The position numbers and the translations under genes were made by a program. A stretch of 64,000 nucleotides of DNA from Vicugna vicugna (taxonomy: Eukaryota), in assembly GCA_013265495.1 (NCBI GenBank), contig MU058423.1, forward strand, positions 5,190,745 to 5,254,744. The letters are read 5' to 3'. Under the pieces are notes generated by a model. It did not search any database and had not been told where the DNA came from. It saw only the letters and a program-made list of their open reading frames with translations. Each line of letters starts with the position of its first letter. Position 1 is the stretch's first letter. Shown here piece by piece: positions 24,331 through 38,193 of the stretch.

Positions 24331-26009
24331 CCCATGGGAAGGATGGGCTGCATTATTCCTAGTATGAGATACAAACTCCTCATTTTTCAGATTGAAGGAC
24401 ACTGAGTGTCACACAGATGGCTCCATGATTAGCAGTAAATTGGCTCTTAATTGGAAAGTAAAAAAAAAAAAAGATCTCTGAAATCTCATGTAGAAAAATC
24501 ACTTAATATCAGTCACATTGCTTTCTAGCAAGAGTTAATGAATTAATTATATTTACATAAGCAAAACAATGAAGCAGAAAGTAGCTCTTCAAACTTAAAA
24601 AAAAAGACAGCTTTTTAAATGTATTACCCAAGCAGAATCCCCAATGAGAGGATGATCTTGAATACCCCTAAATCAGCAAGTTAAAGAATCTGCTTTCATA
24701 TGCCGATCACACTTAACCTTGGTACCCATTCCTTTCACTTATGTAAGGCAGAAGAAGAAATTTCAAATTAAAAAGAAACAAAATGCTGAGGACATTATCT
24801 GAGGATTGAAAGACAAACAAACATATCCATGCAGAGTAGGGAAACTGACTTGCTTTATAATTAGAAAGTTATGTGTAAGATACCTGCTAGTAGTCCCAAA
24901 AAAAGGAAAAAGAAAAGAAAAGAAAATTGAGGACAAACATTCTCTACAAAGAGGGTGGATAAATAATCGGTATAGCTTGTTAATAGCCACTTAGAGGCTT
25001 CCCTGGAATGCAAAAATAAATGTGACTGGAACACGGCATACCAAAGTCTAATATTCTTTTGGTATGGCCACTTATTTTGACTGAGAGAGACTGTTGGGAG
25101 TTGAGAGAGCGTGGTGAATTGGATTACTGAGAGAAATTTAACCAAACACAAAGGGATAGTAGAATTGTATCTTTATGAGTTCCCTCTCTGTACGAGGCAC
25201 ACATAATGTATTTACCACAGCTGAGTGAGCTCACTGGAGAGCCACTTATGATGTGTAATGCTCTGTGTCCTTTGTTGGAACGCTGGATGACAGGTTAATT
25301 GAATAGTGGCAGGGCAAGTGATCAGGGTCACGCAAGATGACTAGTGTATATGATGGCTAAAGACAGTACTTCATTACTAAAAAGCTTTTCTGTACAAGTA
25401 CAATTTCAAACAGTCCTTGTAGAAAAGTATTCATTCATCTCTTCTGAGTCATTCAGAAATTCATTAGGTAAAAATTTCAATAGAAAATTTTTAAAATAGA
25501 TTAGTCTCGTAGGTCAGTTAACTAACAGTCTTGAAAAATGATACACTTGATTACTCAATATTACTATCTCAAAACCACCATGGCCCTCTGTGGTGTACTA
25601 ATTCGCCTTCTGTGATCAGTCGTTCTAAAGCTGACAGGCAAGTGTTCTTTTTCTATGACAAAAATAACTCTACTTTCATTTACATATTTGGCCCAGTATA
25701 GACACTGTGTCATAGAGTTAAAATATATACATGGAGATGTATATTTTAAGAGTTTTGAGAAAAATAGTTAAAAAAGAAAAATAGTATGCAACATAACTAG
25801 AATGCTTCAATTGTCAATACCTTCCTGTCCAACATGGTTTTAAAATTATTTTTTCTGTCACTTCAAAACCACTAATTAATCTTTAAAAACCCACCTTATG
25901 GCTTATTTTTCTATTCATATTTATCATCTACTCATATAAATTTATTTTTCTATTCTGAAAATTATAATGGCTATTTTACCCTTCAGATATATTTTTCTGC
26001 TTTTCTGTT

Positions 26010-26390
26010 AAAATCCATTTTACTTTTTCAAATGGCATAGTGAGGACATACAAAAATCCACTCTTCCATAAAAGGAATGAGAGCACTGTCAAAAATGTTC
26101 AACATCAACATTTTTTGAAGTCTGGTAACTCACCAAAGGATTGCTATAACCTGAGGAGTACTTTCTCAAGGAAAATAACAATCTTGGGAAGAATAGCAAA
26201 TTCTGTGGCACTTTAACGTGTCCTTTTCCCCATTCTTTTCTCCCCAGCTCAGGGTAGACTCGAAAACCATCAATCATGCAACCAAGTCAGCTTTGAAAGT
26301 CAGCAGTCCAGCAGCAACTGGAGGATGCAGAATGGGTTTGAAGCTCCTCAAAAAGTTCCATCACTAGAGGACTGTTATGTGACCTGTATA
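26010..26390 (+). mobile_element. Old L1 5' region fragment (L1M4/L1MC-like)
   Basis: aaatccactcttccataaaaggaatgagagcactg...gcagaatgggtttgaagctcctcaaaaag, as recalled for old L1 5' ends. Confidence 0.55.
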
Positions 26391-26391
26391 T

Positions 26392-26523
26392 TAGCTCTCA
26401 TGACTTCATCTAAATCTAGCTACCTCCCAAAGATCCCAATCTCCAAATACCATCACATTGGGGAGGAGGACTTCAACATATGACATTGTTGGGTTCGGGA
26501 GAATACAAACCTTCAGTCCACAC
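26392..26523 (-). mobile_element. MaLR LTR fragment (MLT1A/MST-like)
   Basis: tacctcccaaagatcccaatctccaaataccatcacattggg...cttcaacatatga. Confidence 0.8.
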
Positions 26524-27215
26524 AAAAGTTAATGCAATCTCCAGTGCAACCAATAAAAAAAATTAATTCAAATAGATAGTAAGAGAAATAAGAAGGAATT
26601 TAAAAACAGAACACCAGAAAGTATTTAATGTAAAAGAAAGCAGTACCAGAGGAAAGGAATAAGATAGATATGACATATAGGAAAAAAAAATGACAGACTT
26701 TAATCCTACACTATCAGTACTTATAGTCAACTTAAATAACACTTCGATTAAAATGGAGTTTGGCAGAATTCATTAAAAAATGATCAAACTCTATGAGGTC
26801 TACAAAAGGCATTCTTTAGATTCAAACATACAAAAAGGTAGAAAGTAAAAGAATGGGAAAATAAATTCCAGTACCACACAAATAGTATGCAAAACAGAGT
26901 TGGACTGGCTATACGTATTACAAAAAAAAAAAAGACTTCCAGACAAACATTGTTACTAGGTACAAGGAAGGCCATTTCATAAGGATAAAAGGATAATCCT
27001 TCAGAAATATATAAAATTTATAAACATATATATGTGTGTATATATATATATATAAAAACAAAGTCTCATATTCAACACAATACCTATCAATGTCTAAGTC
27101 AGTTTCATTTTTTTTCCAGAAATTCACAATTTGACCTTAAAGCTCATATAGGAAAGTGTGGGACCAGGAATAACAAAAAGTCTTCAAAAATGAAGAACAA
27201 ATCTTAAGGACATAA
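26524..27215 (+). mobile_element. Old L1 inter-ORF and ORF2 fragments
   Basis: ttctttagattcaaacatacaaaaaggtagaaagtaaaagaatgggaaaa; aaggccatttcataaggataaaagg (endonuclease region). Confidence 0.75.
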
Positions 27216-27224
27216 TATCAATAG

Positions 27225-27340
27225 AGCTACGTGAGGTAAATAACATCTCCCCCGTTTTACAGATGAGAAAACTAAAACACAGAAGTTCATGGCTAATAAC
27301 TTCCCAGCCTAGGATTTGAACCTGGTGCAATATATTTCCA
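27225..27340 (-). mobile_element. MIR SINE
   Basis: ccccgttttacagatgagaaaactaa...ctaggatttgaacc. Confidence 0.75.
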
Positions 27341-27999
27341 AACCTCACTGTCATCTTCTGTTTTCTAGCTTGGATCTGGACTGTAGCTCAGGACATGTGT
27401 AGAGGGAAAACATTTAAAGAATCTGCCTAGTTCATCAATTTGTGAAAGGAAGCGCAGAGATTTCAGACTGGAAGTGTGACTGGAAGGCTTGAATAACAAT
27501 CAGACACCTCCACTGTTAGAGGAAAGGGGATAATTTAAAAGCGTTAACTAAAGCCAAACAAAGATTTTCGGGGCAGGACTGTACGTTGGTTATTGGGCTT
27601 AGGATGTTAATTTGACTATTTCTTTTTGGACCTGTGCTATGACATGTAAGATTAAAAAAAACTAAACATAATTTCACTTACTAAGTATTGCAGCAAATGT
27701 TTAGAGAATAAGCTGAAAAATACATGGATTTACTCCTTATTATTTCTGCTTAGAACATGAGAGAGAACTTATTTCAGCCATGTGAGCTTAGTGTGGGGAG
27801 GTGAGCACAAATGTACGAAATAAGAATCGAACCTGCATTCACCAGGGTATTGATTCATGCTATTGGTCTACCTCAGATTCATTGGCAATAATGGGAATAT
27901 ATATACACACGCATATTTAACATTAAGAAAATATTTAACATGCTATTAGTTCAAAATTCTCTTTAAACAGAAAATCACACTAGATCTTTTGAAGGTTTA

Positions 28000-28310
28000 A
28001 ATATTCATTAAATAAACTGAATTGAAATAATTCAGTAAATAGTAGTTTGGATCTGGGCAGTTTACTAGAAACTAGATAAACAAACATGAAAGAAATTGTT
28101 TTGCCTTCAACGGCACATAGATAAGGAAGAGAAAAAACAGTTAAATAAGTAAGATTTAATTTGCTAAATATTGTGATAAATATTTGTAAAGGTGCTCTAA
28201 CGGAATGGAATGGCACAGGGAAGGGACACTTAACCTTAGTCAGGAAGGGAGTCTTGAATTTTTTCCTCCAAAATAATAGAAGAGTAAGGATTCCTGCTAG
28301 TGACAACCAT
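28000..28310 (-). mobile_element. L2 fragment
   Basis: tattcattaaataa...aagggacacttaaccttagtcaggaaggg...aaggattcctg. Confidence 0.5.
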
Positions 28311-29386
28311 AATGGATCTACATGAAATCCTACTACAGCACGTTAGTGTTTACATGACCTTTCTGACATTTCCCTATCAATTTCTTATTCTCTCATCTAC
28401 AGAAAAATCTACTTAATTGAATGAGACTCCATCAAGAAGAGGAGTTGCACAACTGACTTCATGACTTTCCAGAAAGGTCTCTATTATAACACATGAGGTA
28501 GCACTTTTTTCCCTAAGAATTCTCAATATTTAATGAACTTTTCTTTATCTTCATAAATAGTATACATAGACTGTCATCTTACTGATCTGGAAGTCTGCTC
28601 TATCTGGAAGATGATCCAACTAAAGTGCATTCAAGAAGGACTGGAACCCATTTTATGATGCCCTAGCGCTGAAGTTGTTGTATCTTGATTCTAGAGTAAG
28701 ATAATTTTAGAGCCTTTATGGTCCTTAGACTCACAGTTTTCACAAGCAGTATGTTACAGTTAGAACAACATGAGATTTTTGAGTCAAGTAGCCAAGCTTC
28801 TGAATCATGACTGCTGCTTTCAATCAAGTAGAAGGTACTTAACAGATAGGGACATTGACAATAGTAAAAAGAGACTGCAAGATGAGGCTTAAAAACAAAC
28901 ACACCAAGCATGTAAGAATACACAGCCATTAACCATAGGAGCAAAAGCCTTGCACACCCTTTCAAATATTTCTGGGGAGATCACCATACTGTATCATTAT
29001 GCAAATGCTTACTTCAATGACAATCTTCTGGAAATATTTCTATTTCCATTAATATCATGTTTAATGATCTGTTTATGAGGAAAAGATGATATGTTTATTT
29101 CACAAATATGCATTAAAATTGTTAAATAATTTAAAATCATTGGACCCCATGGCTATGATTCGGTTGTCTAGAAAATGTACTTGTGTGTTTTCTCTCCAAA
29201 GCCAGAAAAATTTTTAATTGCTCTATGGTGTCATCTAAAATTTTAAAGTATCCAAATTTTCATGGCAGAGGCAGCACTACAGATGGGGCGTAAGTTGAAA
29301 AATGAATTAAGTATAATTAAGATCATACTTTGAATGTATTGACTAAATAACTATACTTTTAATTCCTCTTCCTTCTGAAGCAGGTT

Positions 29387-30110
29387 TGTAACATACTGAT
29401 GTCATGGCCCCAGGAAAGAAGAAAAGGCAAATGCCACTTGAGCAAACCTATGACACGGGACAGTTCCTTGTCAAGTGGCAAGGGTGAAAGGAAGAGCTAC
29501 TGGCTGAAAAACTGAAGGAAACAGAAGACAGGCAAGTGTTCTACAACACAGGCACTTTTCCAGAGACAGCTTTCCAACGGGAAAGGAATGTTACGTTGGG
29601 TGATGGAAACCCAAAGTGGAGGGTTCGGTGTCCCACGTCCCACAGGGATCTCTGTGGAAGTGAATGAACAGTGCTTTTCAGGGAAACACTATGGCAACAT
29701 GTAAATGAAAGCGCCCAGGGGAGTAAAAATGGCAGTGTGATGAGGAGGCAGAGAGAGGGGAATCTGAGTTTCTACTTTTAAGTTTCCTTTAGTTTACGGT
29801 TGAATAACAGGGGTTCAGAGTTCTCCATCTTTTCCATGGGGAACCCAAAATGTAGTTTTTGATGTCAAATGGTAACTAATCTTTGAGTGTTATCTCTGAC
29901 TGGGTGTGTATGTATACGTGCCTGGGATCAGGGAGGTTGGGGGATGATGGCTCAAAGCAATTCTGTGGCCAATGGCTTCAAAGTAGACAGTTAGAGATCA
30001 GGACGAGATCAGAGGCAGCCTTCAGTGAGGTCCCCGGCATCAGGAGCTACATGGGGAACTGACAGGGGAGGATCTCCAGGTGCTGAAGGACCCAGATGAA
30101 ATGGTTCACA
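29387..30110. mobile_element. Possible ancient LTR (Gypsy/MamGyp/LTR81-like)
   Basis: GC-elevated ~720-bp block bounded by TGTAAC...TTCACA in AT-rich surroundings; family not certain. Confidence 0.35.
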
Positions 30111-30443
30111 ACTTGAGAAGCAGACTAGTAAAGCTGTGAAAAATATGAAAGCACTCTTTTCTTTGCATTTCTGAATTTCAGCCTCCTATTTGTAATTTCA
30201 CTCTATGAATTCACAGCATATAGAAATATATAAAAGAATTTATGCTTAAGCATTTAAAATACATGATTTATATATGATTACTGAGTCCTTGGAATTTCAG
30301 CTGACCAGACCTAGAGAGCCCTGCTTATCAGCTCTCTGCCTTTACCCTTGGCTCTTCAGGGCTATATTTAACATCACAATAACTTCTCTGTCCTGCAGAC
30401 ATCTGGTTGTTGACTTAACCATCAAGAGGTTCACTAATTGGGC

Positions 30444-31369
30444 CAGGTCTTTAAGGACCAATGCTGGAAAACTGCTGTTTAAGACATTAATCATTATGCA
30501 ATTCTGTTCCTGATTTGAAGCGTCACATGACAAAACTCCTCCAGAAATTTGTTTAAAAAAAATAAGAAATCTCTCTTACATAATGAACAATTCTTTGTTA
30601 TAAGCCACAAGGATATATTGTACACCACAATGAAACACAGCCATTATTTTATAATCTTAAATGGAGTGTAATACATAAAAATATTGAATCACTATATTGT
30701 ACACCTGAAAGTAATATAATTTTGTAAATCAACTATACATCGATAAAAAAATAAAAATAGAAAGATGAGATTTATTAAGCTTTCTATCATTGGGTATCTA
30801 GGCTGACCGGTGGTATATTTAATGCTTACTTCAGAATCTACAAAACTACTGCCTTACTCTTTGTGTTTCTTATTATTTTATATTTCTTATTCCTTTTGTG
30901 TATAACAATACCTAAGCTAAGTCTTAGCATAGCTAAGTCTTGACACTTAAACCTATACCTACACTCACTTCTATTTTCACATCTGCACATTCTCCTACAT
31001 CTATACCTATATTTATATATGTATCCACATCTATATCATCTATGTATCTATCCCCACAGGCCTTTAAGGACCAATGCTGGAAAACTGCTGTTTAAGACAT
31101 TAATCATTATGCAATTCTGTTCCTGATTTGAAGCGTTACTTCAGAATTCTACAAAACTACTGCCTTACTCTTTGTGATTCTTATTATTTTATATTTCTTA
31201 TTCTTTTTGTGTATAACAATACCTAAGCTAAGTCTTAGCATAGCTAAGTCTTGACACTTAAACCTATACCTACACTCACTTCTATTTTCACATCTGCACA
31301 TTCTCCTACATCTATACCTATATTTATATATGTATCCACATCTATATCATCTATGTATCTATCCCCACA
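30444..31369. repeat. Complex local duplication A-X-B-A'-B'
   Basis: 30444-30523 matches 31057-31136 and 30827-31058 matches 31137-31369, with 4 differences in total. Confidence 0.97.
30598..30765 (+). mobile_element. LINE-1 3'UTR terminal fragment
   Basis: caaggatatattgtaca...atcactatattgtacacctgaaag...aactatacatcgataaaaaaataaaa. Confidence 0.85.
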
Positions 31370-31402
31370 TCTGTTCCAGTTCCTATTACTTTTACTATTT
31401 AA

Positions 31403-31404
<2 letters not shown>

Positions 31405-31443
<39 letters not shown>

Positions 31444-31444
31444 C
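31405..31444. repeat. (AC)n microsatellite
   Basis: (AC)16 GC (AC)3. Confidence 0.97.
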
Positions 31445-32229
31445 TCTTAGCCCTACAACTTTATACCCATCTGTTTTGAGACTGAAATGGGCTTAGTGGT
31501 TTGGCGGCATTTTTACTTCAACCTAAGAACTAGTGTGGTAGTAACAATTGGCATATATTAGAACAACATAACATTTTACCCACGGGTTGACCTGAAGATT
31601 TGCAATCGGCAATGAGTTTTGTATTTCTTATAGAAATTTTTAGTAAATAAAATTGATCCTTATCCAAATTTCCTTTTGCAAAGTCAATTATTTTTTATCT
31701 CACTTGCATACAAAACCAGAAGTAATATTGGAGGTCTGGTAAGCTGTTGACAATGTCTTGAGGAATTAAAGGATCCTTAGAGATCCAGCAAGTGGAGCAC
31801 ATACTGAAGGCTGGAAACAAACATGTCGTCGGCAATAGGCAATTTCCTGACATGGGGATTTTTTCTTCTCTCTGATGGATGTACCTAACTTCTACTATAG
31901 TGTCAACTATGTACATTTGGGCAGTGTTAATTTCTTTTAATTTTATTTTTCTTCCTTCTACCTTTTTCTCAGATTTCTTACCTCCCTGCAGCACACTGCA
32001 AAGGAAAAACAGTTACATTGTCAGAGGAGGTTTAATGAACAGCAAGCCAATTGAATTTAATTGAAGGCATGATAGGCATTTTTTTCTTCCTTTGAAGAAC
32101 ACATTCCTGAACTAAAGAATGACCAGCATGCACACAATTTATAATCAGGTCCCTGGTGAGTCATTTGAAAATAATAAACTTTGCTTAAGCCAAGGTGATT
32201 ATAATTACAACTAAAGCCACGGGAGGCCT

Positions 32230-32480
32230 TGCTACTTTGTACACCCAACACCAGTGTGAGAAGTCTTGTTGCTAAGTTAGTGTTTAGTGACATTTATTTT
32301 CAGTCTTTCAAATTTTAGCTATTTTGTCCAGTGTATAGTGGTATGTCATCATGGGTTTAATTTGCTTTCTCCAGGTGATAAATGATGTTGAGTACTTTTT
32401 TTAAAGTGTTAATGGCCATTTCTATATTTGCTTCATGAAGGGTCTATTCAAGCCTTTCCCTCCCCTTTTTATTGAGTTGC
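32230..32480 (-). mobile_element. Old L1 (L1ME-like) ORF2 fragment
   Basis: tagtggtatgtcatcatgggtttaatttgctttct...gatgttgagtactttt...tggccattt. Confidence 0.7.
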
Positions 32481-32689
32481 TTTTTTTTTTCCTTTTAGTA
32501 CTAAGTTCCAGTTTATTCCTCCCCTTTTCTTGAGGTGCCGTTGTAATTTTCAGATGAAATTATTTTGCTACATTTTTTCTACTTCTCTAAAAACCTACAA
32601 ATGATTCTGAGACTCCAGGTCAGCATGGGGATTCAAACTTCCAGCATTATTAAGATGTAGCAGCATTATAAGGATTCACTTGCCAGTTC

Positions 32690-33050
32690 CTCTCCCTCTC
32701 CCTCTCCGTGTTCCAACTGAGATCCTCATCGCGTCTGACCCATGCCCTTGCCGTGGCCTTCTAACTGGTCCTGCTGCCTTGTCTCTTGCCCCTTCAGTCC
32801 ATCTTTCTCAACCACACTGAAGTGACCTATCGAACATAAATCTCAACTAGCAAGTCCCCTTCTTTCGATCCAAGCCTAGCTCCTTAGAGCAGCATCTAAA
32901 GCCTTCCATGATCTGGTCCTGCCTCCCTCTGCAGCATCAGCTCCAACCACTCTTCATCTTTTCCCTAACATTTCAGTGATACTGAACCAGTTATAACTCA
33001 AACATTGCCTGGCCCTGCTCATTGCCAGTCTGTGGGATGTCATGCCTGGG
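32690..33050 (+). mobile_element. L2 fragment
   Basis: ggccttctaactggtcctgctgcc...aaagccttccatgatctggtcctgcct. Confidence 0.7.
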
Positions 33051-34009
33051 AATGCTGGGGGCTGACTGCCAGAGGAAAATTCACCTGGTTGCCTCCACGA
33101 TTCTGAGAGCAGTAGCCCAGTGGTGACCCCAGCCTACTGTCTCTGATCATGTATTCCTCTACCCCAGACAAACTCTACGTTTAATATTTGATTTCAGAAT
33201 TCAGGATATTTCATTACTATGTTTTTTAAAACTGTATAGTATATCATTACCAGAAAGAACTTACTGAGTGTCCCTTTTGTGTGAGGCGTAAGGGTTAGGA
33301 AATAAAATTTAGAGAGGACTAAGATTCTAGCAACTCAATGAAGAATGTCATCTATAATGTACGTGCAAGAATATGTACAGTGTTTGAGGAAATACTGAAA
33401 AGGATTTGGAGCATGCCCAGATTTCTCCCACTCTGCAACCGGACCATTTGACATTCCTGTCTCTATGTCCTGGCTCTGGTTTTTAGCTCTATCTAAATTT
33501 CCTTCTCTTTTACAGCAACTTCTGTGAAAACAAACAAAAAAAAACCCAAATCTCTTAATGACACTTTCACTGAATCCTTCTCTTGCTGAAAGTTATTTAT
33601 GGTAACCTCCTAGACATGACCAGAGTATATTTTTATTTTTTATTTTCCTTTTGTCATTGTTTCTTTTCCATCATGACGTATACTATTCTCACCTTTCATA
33701 GACTCTCCCACTTGATCTGGACGCCACATACTTCCTATAACATAAAAACTCAATAAATGTTACAATTTAGTTGAACATGAGCTATCTGGAGTTTGGTATG
33801 AAGTGAAGAATAAAATTCATGTTTCATAATAGAAATATATACAGAATATCTCTTTAGGACGATTAACATAATCTTTTGATAGAAAATTGATGTATAATAT
33901 TGTAGACACAAGCAGAGAAACAGTCTATTCACTCATATATATTTTCATTCAATAAATGTTCATAAAGAGACTACTATGTATCTACACTTTAAGTCCCAGG
34001 CTAACATGG

Positions 34010-34367
34010 TACTAAGAATTGCACTGTATCTTCCCAAAATGCATATGTTGAAAACTTAACTCCCAATTGACTATATTGGTCTAAGGAAGTAATTGATGTC
34101 AAAAGAAAGCATAAGGGTGGTACCTTGATCCAATAGGACTAATGTCCTTATACGAGTCACCAGAGAGGTGACTCTCTCTCTGTCTTGTGAGGACACAGGG
34201 AGAAGCTGGCTATCTACAAGCCAGGACGAGAGCTCTCACCAGGAAATGAATCAGCTGGCATCCTGAGCTGGCATTTTCCAGCCTCCAGAACTATAAGAAA
34301 ATGAGTTTCTCTTGTTTAAGACACATTCGATGGTATTTTATTACAGTAGCCTAAGCAGACTAACACA
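34010..34367 (+). mobile_element. MaLR LTR (MLT1A-like) inserted in an antisense L2
   Basis: cccaaaatgcatatgttgaaaacttaactccc...tgtgaggacacagggagaag...ccagcctccagaactataagaaa...agcagactaacaca. Confidence 0.9.
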
Positions 34368-37300
34368 AGTGGTAAGCAAGACAAAGTCTTACCACGTTCG
34401 AGTGGGAGAAACTAGTGTGCATAATTTTATTAAACTATGCATGAGAGCTAAATCCCCAACTTAAAGCTTTATTAAAAGCAAATAAAAGAGTGAGTCAACT
34501 GGAAGAAATATTAAAAGAAATACTTTAGACTTCTTAGAAAAGAAGAATGAGTCAAAGCAAACTACCTTCTATGAGAGGGTGGAAAAACGAAAGAGAAAAA
34601 TAGCAGAGCATGTCTTGAAAGGGGTACGAAAGAAAAGAAGACTCTGGTGTTCAGAGAGGTCTGGGAGCCACTGCCTGCTACGAGAAGATGAATTGGGAGA
34701 CAGAACTAAATCGCTTTCTGGTTGAGTGTTAAGTCAGGGACAGATACAAGGGAGCCCTCAGAGGCCTATGGTAAAGCCACGTGAGTGGCCTGCGTTGCAG
34801 TCCTGAGCCCCATAGGGAGAGTTTCCACGGAGGGTGAAGGGAAGGAAGAAACCTGAGAAGGTGCCCTGGGGTCAGGGAAGTGGTCTAGGGAAGGCAATCA
34901 ATCTGCTCCATCCCTATCTCTGGAGGAACAGTCGCTTTGCTGCCACGCAAGTTAAAGCCCTAAATTCTCAACATTCGGGGCAGCAGAAGGGATGGTAGAG
35001 GAACCGATTCTCAGGTATTAGTACACGTGTGAGGGTTGACAGGATTTTAGAAGTACTGGTCAGAGAGTAGCAGCAACTCTGTGCAATCTGGAAAGCCAGG
35101 CCTACAATCATCCTGGCCCTTCATTCTGTATTAAGGATAATGTGCCCTGAGAAGTTCACGTTACAATTATTTCAAAATTAAAGAATTCTTAGAGCATAGA
35201 GTAGATGCTGTTTGGGTATTTGGTGGAATGGAGAGTTCAGAGGGTAGATGGTTAGGTAAATAAAGAACACATGAGAAATTTAACCTTCACTCTAGTAACT
35301 GTAAACCAAAGAATCTGTACAAATATGTTGTTCTCGTAATAGTAGGACTAGCTAACATTTTCTGCATGTTTACCATGCCTCAGATCCTGTGTTCTACATA
35401 GGTAACCTCACCTAATTTATTCCTTTGGAGTTTTCATATGATATTTCTCTTCAGCATCTGTGATATCAATAACTTAGAATGCTTAATAATTCAATTATAA
35501 ATGACTCTATTACAACCAGTAGGAAATTCTCTCATGGCAAGATTTGGACTTTGTTATTGGATCTCTATCCTTCAACAGTTCTACCAATTACTTAAATAAA
35601 GGCAAAATTAACACAATCATCAGATTTTTAACTGGTATAGATCTGAGTGGAAAAGGTAATGCAGTAATCAAAGAGTGGTCTTTAAGATGATCTACCTAGC
35701 TCACAATGATGAGTTTAGATCAATAGGTATGAAATTAAAACACATTTTTATTATAATTTGATTTATCATTCTTTTTCCTTGGAGGGTAAGTGCCTAATTA
35801 CTTTACAAATTTTGTCACTTTTCACATACAAGATGTTAATTTAGCAGTTTTAACTGAGGAACCAAGACACCATATACGTAATATTATGAAACTCTACACT
35901 GGAGTGTCAAACTAAGATGAATATTTCAGAGGAAAAAACCTGGTTACACAATTCTTAATCTCTTCCTTACAACCAGGCTCTTAAAGAATCATGTCATTGG
36001 TGATTAAGAGAAGTTTGAAAGATACATTTTGGAGATAGCTATTGGTGAACTGCGAGTCAAATAATTCCCAAGTGTAAAGGATAATGAATGCCTGACTTTT
36101 ATCTCAAGATTAGTGAGACTTGCTTCCACAGAACTACGTGGAGAGCTTGATGTGTGTTTCCTGAAGTTAGGGTAATACTGTGGATACTGTTTGACACCTG
36201 CAGATAATCTAAAAGTGGAGAGGTGGGAAGTCTAACTGTTCCAAATCTGGGAGCAAGTAAGAGATAACAAAATTGGGCTCAGCTGTATTTCCCAGTTTGG
36301 AAAAAAAGAAAAAAAAAAAAGAATATTTCCCAGAGCCCAGAGCCCAGGTATGGGCCACATGAGTGAGAGACGTGGCTTTAGGTTTTCTTGGATCATGTCC
36401 AAGAGGTCTGCCCACGGGCTAGAAACTTCAATGAAGAGAAGCCATGGAAATAAGCAGATTCTTTGGGGCTGCTGAATAAGTGAGCAGCAAGAACTGAGCA
36501 CAGTTCACCAAATGTGTCTGTTTATTAAATACTGAACATACTAATAATCACAGAGTTGAGCTTCAGTTCCTGTGTACATAGCTTGTCTAATACGGTATTC
36601 TGATTTAGGTGGCAATTTTCTTTATTTGAAGAACTGCAAGGCTCATTTTCCCTCTACATTTTGCAACCTGATGGAATTATCTGAAATCTAAAAATATGTA
36701 TCTCTGTAAAAAATACAATCCATTTGTCTTCACCCGTGATGGAGTTAGATGTTGCCATTTCCATTGTTAAAACTTCAAGCCAGATGTGTTTTGAATGAAT
36801 TCTTGATTCACAATGGAAGTTGCTCACAGCATGAACTATGTGCTGCATTCACCACTGTTCTCTCAGATTTCTAATTTCAAAGACAAAAAGGACAGAAAAC
36901 ACTTTGTATTCGGTATAACCTTGAGAATCAATCCTAACAGTTAAATGTCAAATTGTTGAATTACTTGTTCTTATTATCTTCCAACTATTCCACATTCTTT
37001 TAATTGATCCGATGCTGGGTTACATTAACACAGAACATAGCACAACATAATGCAATTTCATAAAGGATCTGCTGTAATTGCTTATCACACACGTCTGTGC
37101 ATGACAGATAGAAACAACAATGGAGTAGGTGAAAAACATTCAAGCTAAACTTTACTACTGAAGCGGTATTGTAAATTCGGAGATACTTTTTGATCCACTT
37201 TGTCCAGATGAAAATGCAGTGTGAATGACTGAATTTCTCAGATCTCCCTGGTTTTCCATTGGACATGGTAGGGAATAACTGACAAAGGGGCTCACCTTCC

Positions 37301-37527
37301 CAATAATTAGAATGAATTGTGAGCATTTTAAGGAGGCAAACAACTGATTCAAAGTAAAAGCTGTGCATAAGAAGAGGTCATTAAATTTCCTGTAGTCCTG
37401 TTACTGTATGATAAAAAGCGAAGTATCAAACTTGACCCTGCTGTTAATATGAGGCACAACAAAACCTTAGGCATGAAAAAGATGTTGATCTTTTTAAATG
37501 CAAACAAATACACAGGTAGCTTAACAG

Positions 37528-38193
37528 AGAAGAAAACATAGGCAAAACATTCTCTGACATAAATCTCAGCAATGTTCTCCTAGGGCAATCTATTAAGGCA
37601 ATAGAAATAAAAGCAAAAATAAACAAATGGGACCTAATAAAGCATATAAGCTTTTGCACAGCAAAGGAAACTATAAACAAAATGAAAAGACAACCTATGG
37701 AATGGGAGAAAACATTTGCAAATGGTGAGAATGACAAGAACTTAACTTCCAGAATATATAAACAGCTCATGGAACTCAATAACAACAACAAAAAAAACCC
37801 AAACAACCCAATCCAAAAATGGGCAGGAGACCTAAACAAACTTTCCTCCAGTGAAGACTTACAAATGGCTCATAGGCACATGAAAAAATGTTCAATATTG
37901 CTAACTACCAGGGAAATGCAAATCAAAACTACACTGAGGTATCACCTCACACCAGTCAGAATGGCCATCAGTCAAAAGTACAGGAGCGCTAAATGCTGGA
38001 GAGGCTGTGAAGAAAAGGGAACTGTCCCACACCGTTGGTGGGAATGCAGTTTGGTGCAGCCGTTAAAGAAAACTTTCTCTCACCTGCCCCTAACAATCAC
38101 AATTCGACACTCCGATTCTATGAATTTCATTGTTTCAGATCACCAGAAATTACCACAACATTGTAGACCAACTATATTTCAATTAAAAAAAAA
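37528..38193 (+). mobile_element. Chimeric LINE-1: ORF2 segment, inverted 75-bp old-L1 piece, L1 3' terminus with poly-A
   Basis: ORF2 peptide MKRQPMEWEKTFAN...[10 protein letters not shown]...WWECSLVQP to 38065; unrelated segment 38066-38140; L1 tail caccagaaattaccacaacattgtagaccaactatatttcaattaaaaaaaaa. Confidence 0.9.

Noticed and set aside
30524..30826. Idea that the segment missing from the duplicate is a spliced intron (retrocopy)
   Set aside because: A minus-strand GTAAG lies at the B boundary, but there is no matching AG at the A boundary and no poly-A or TSD.
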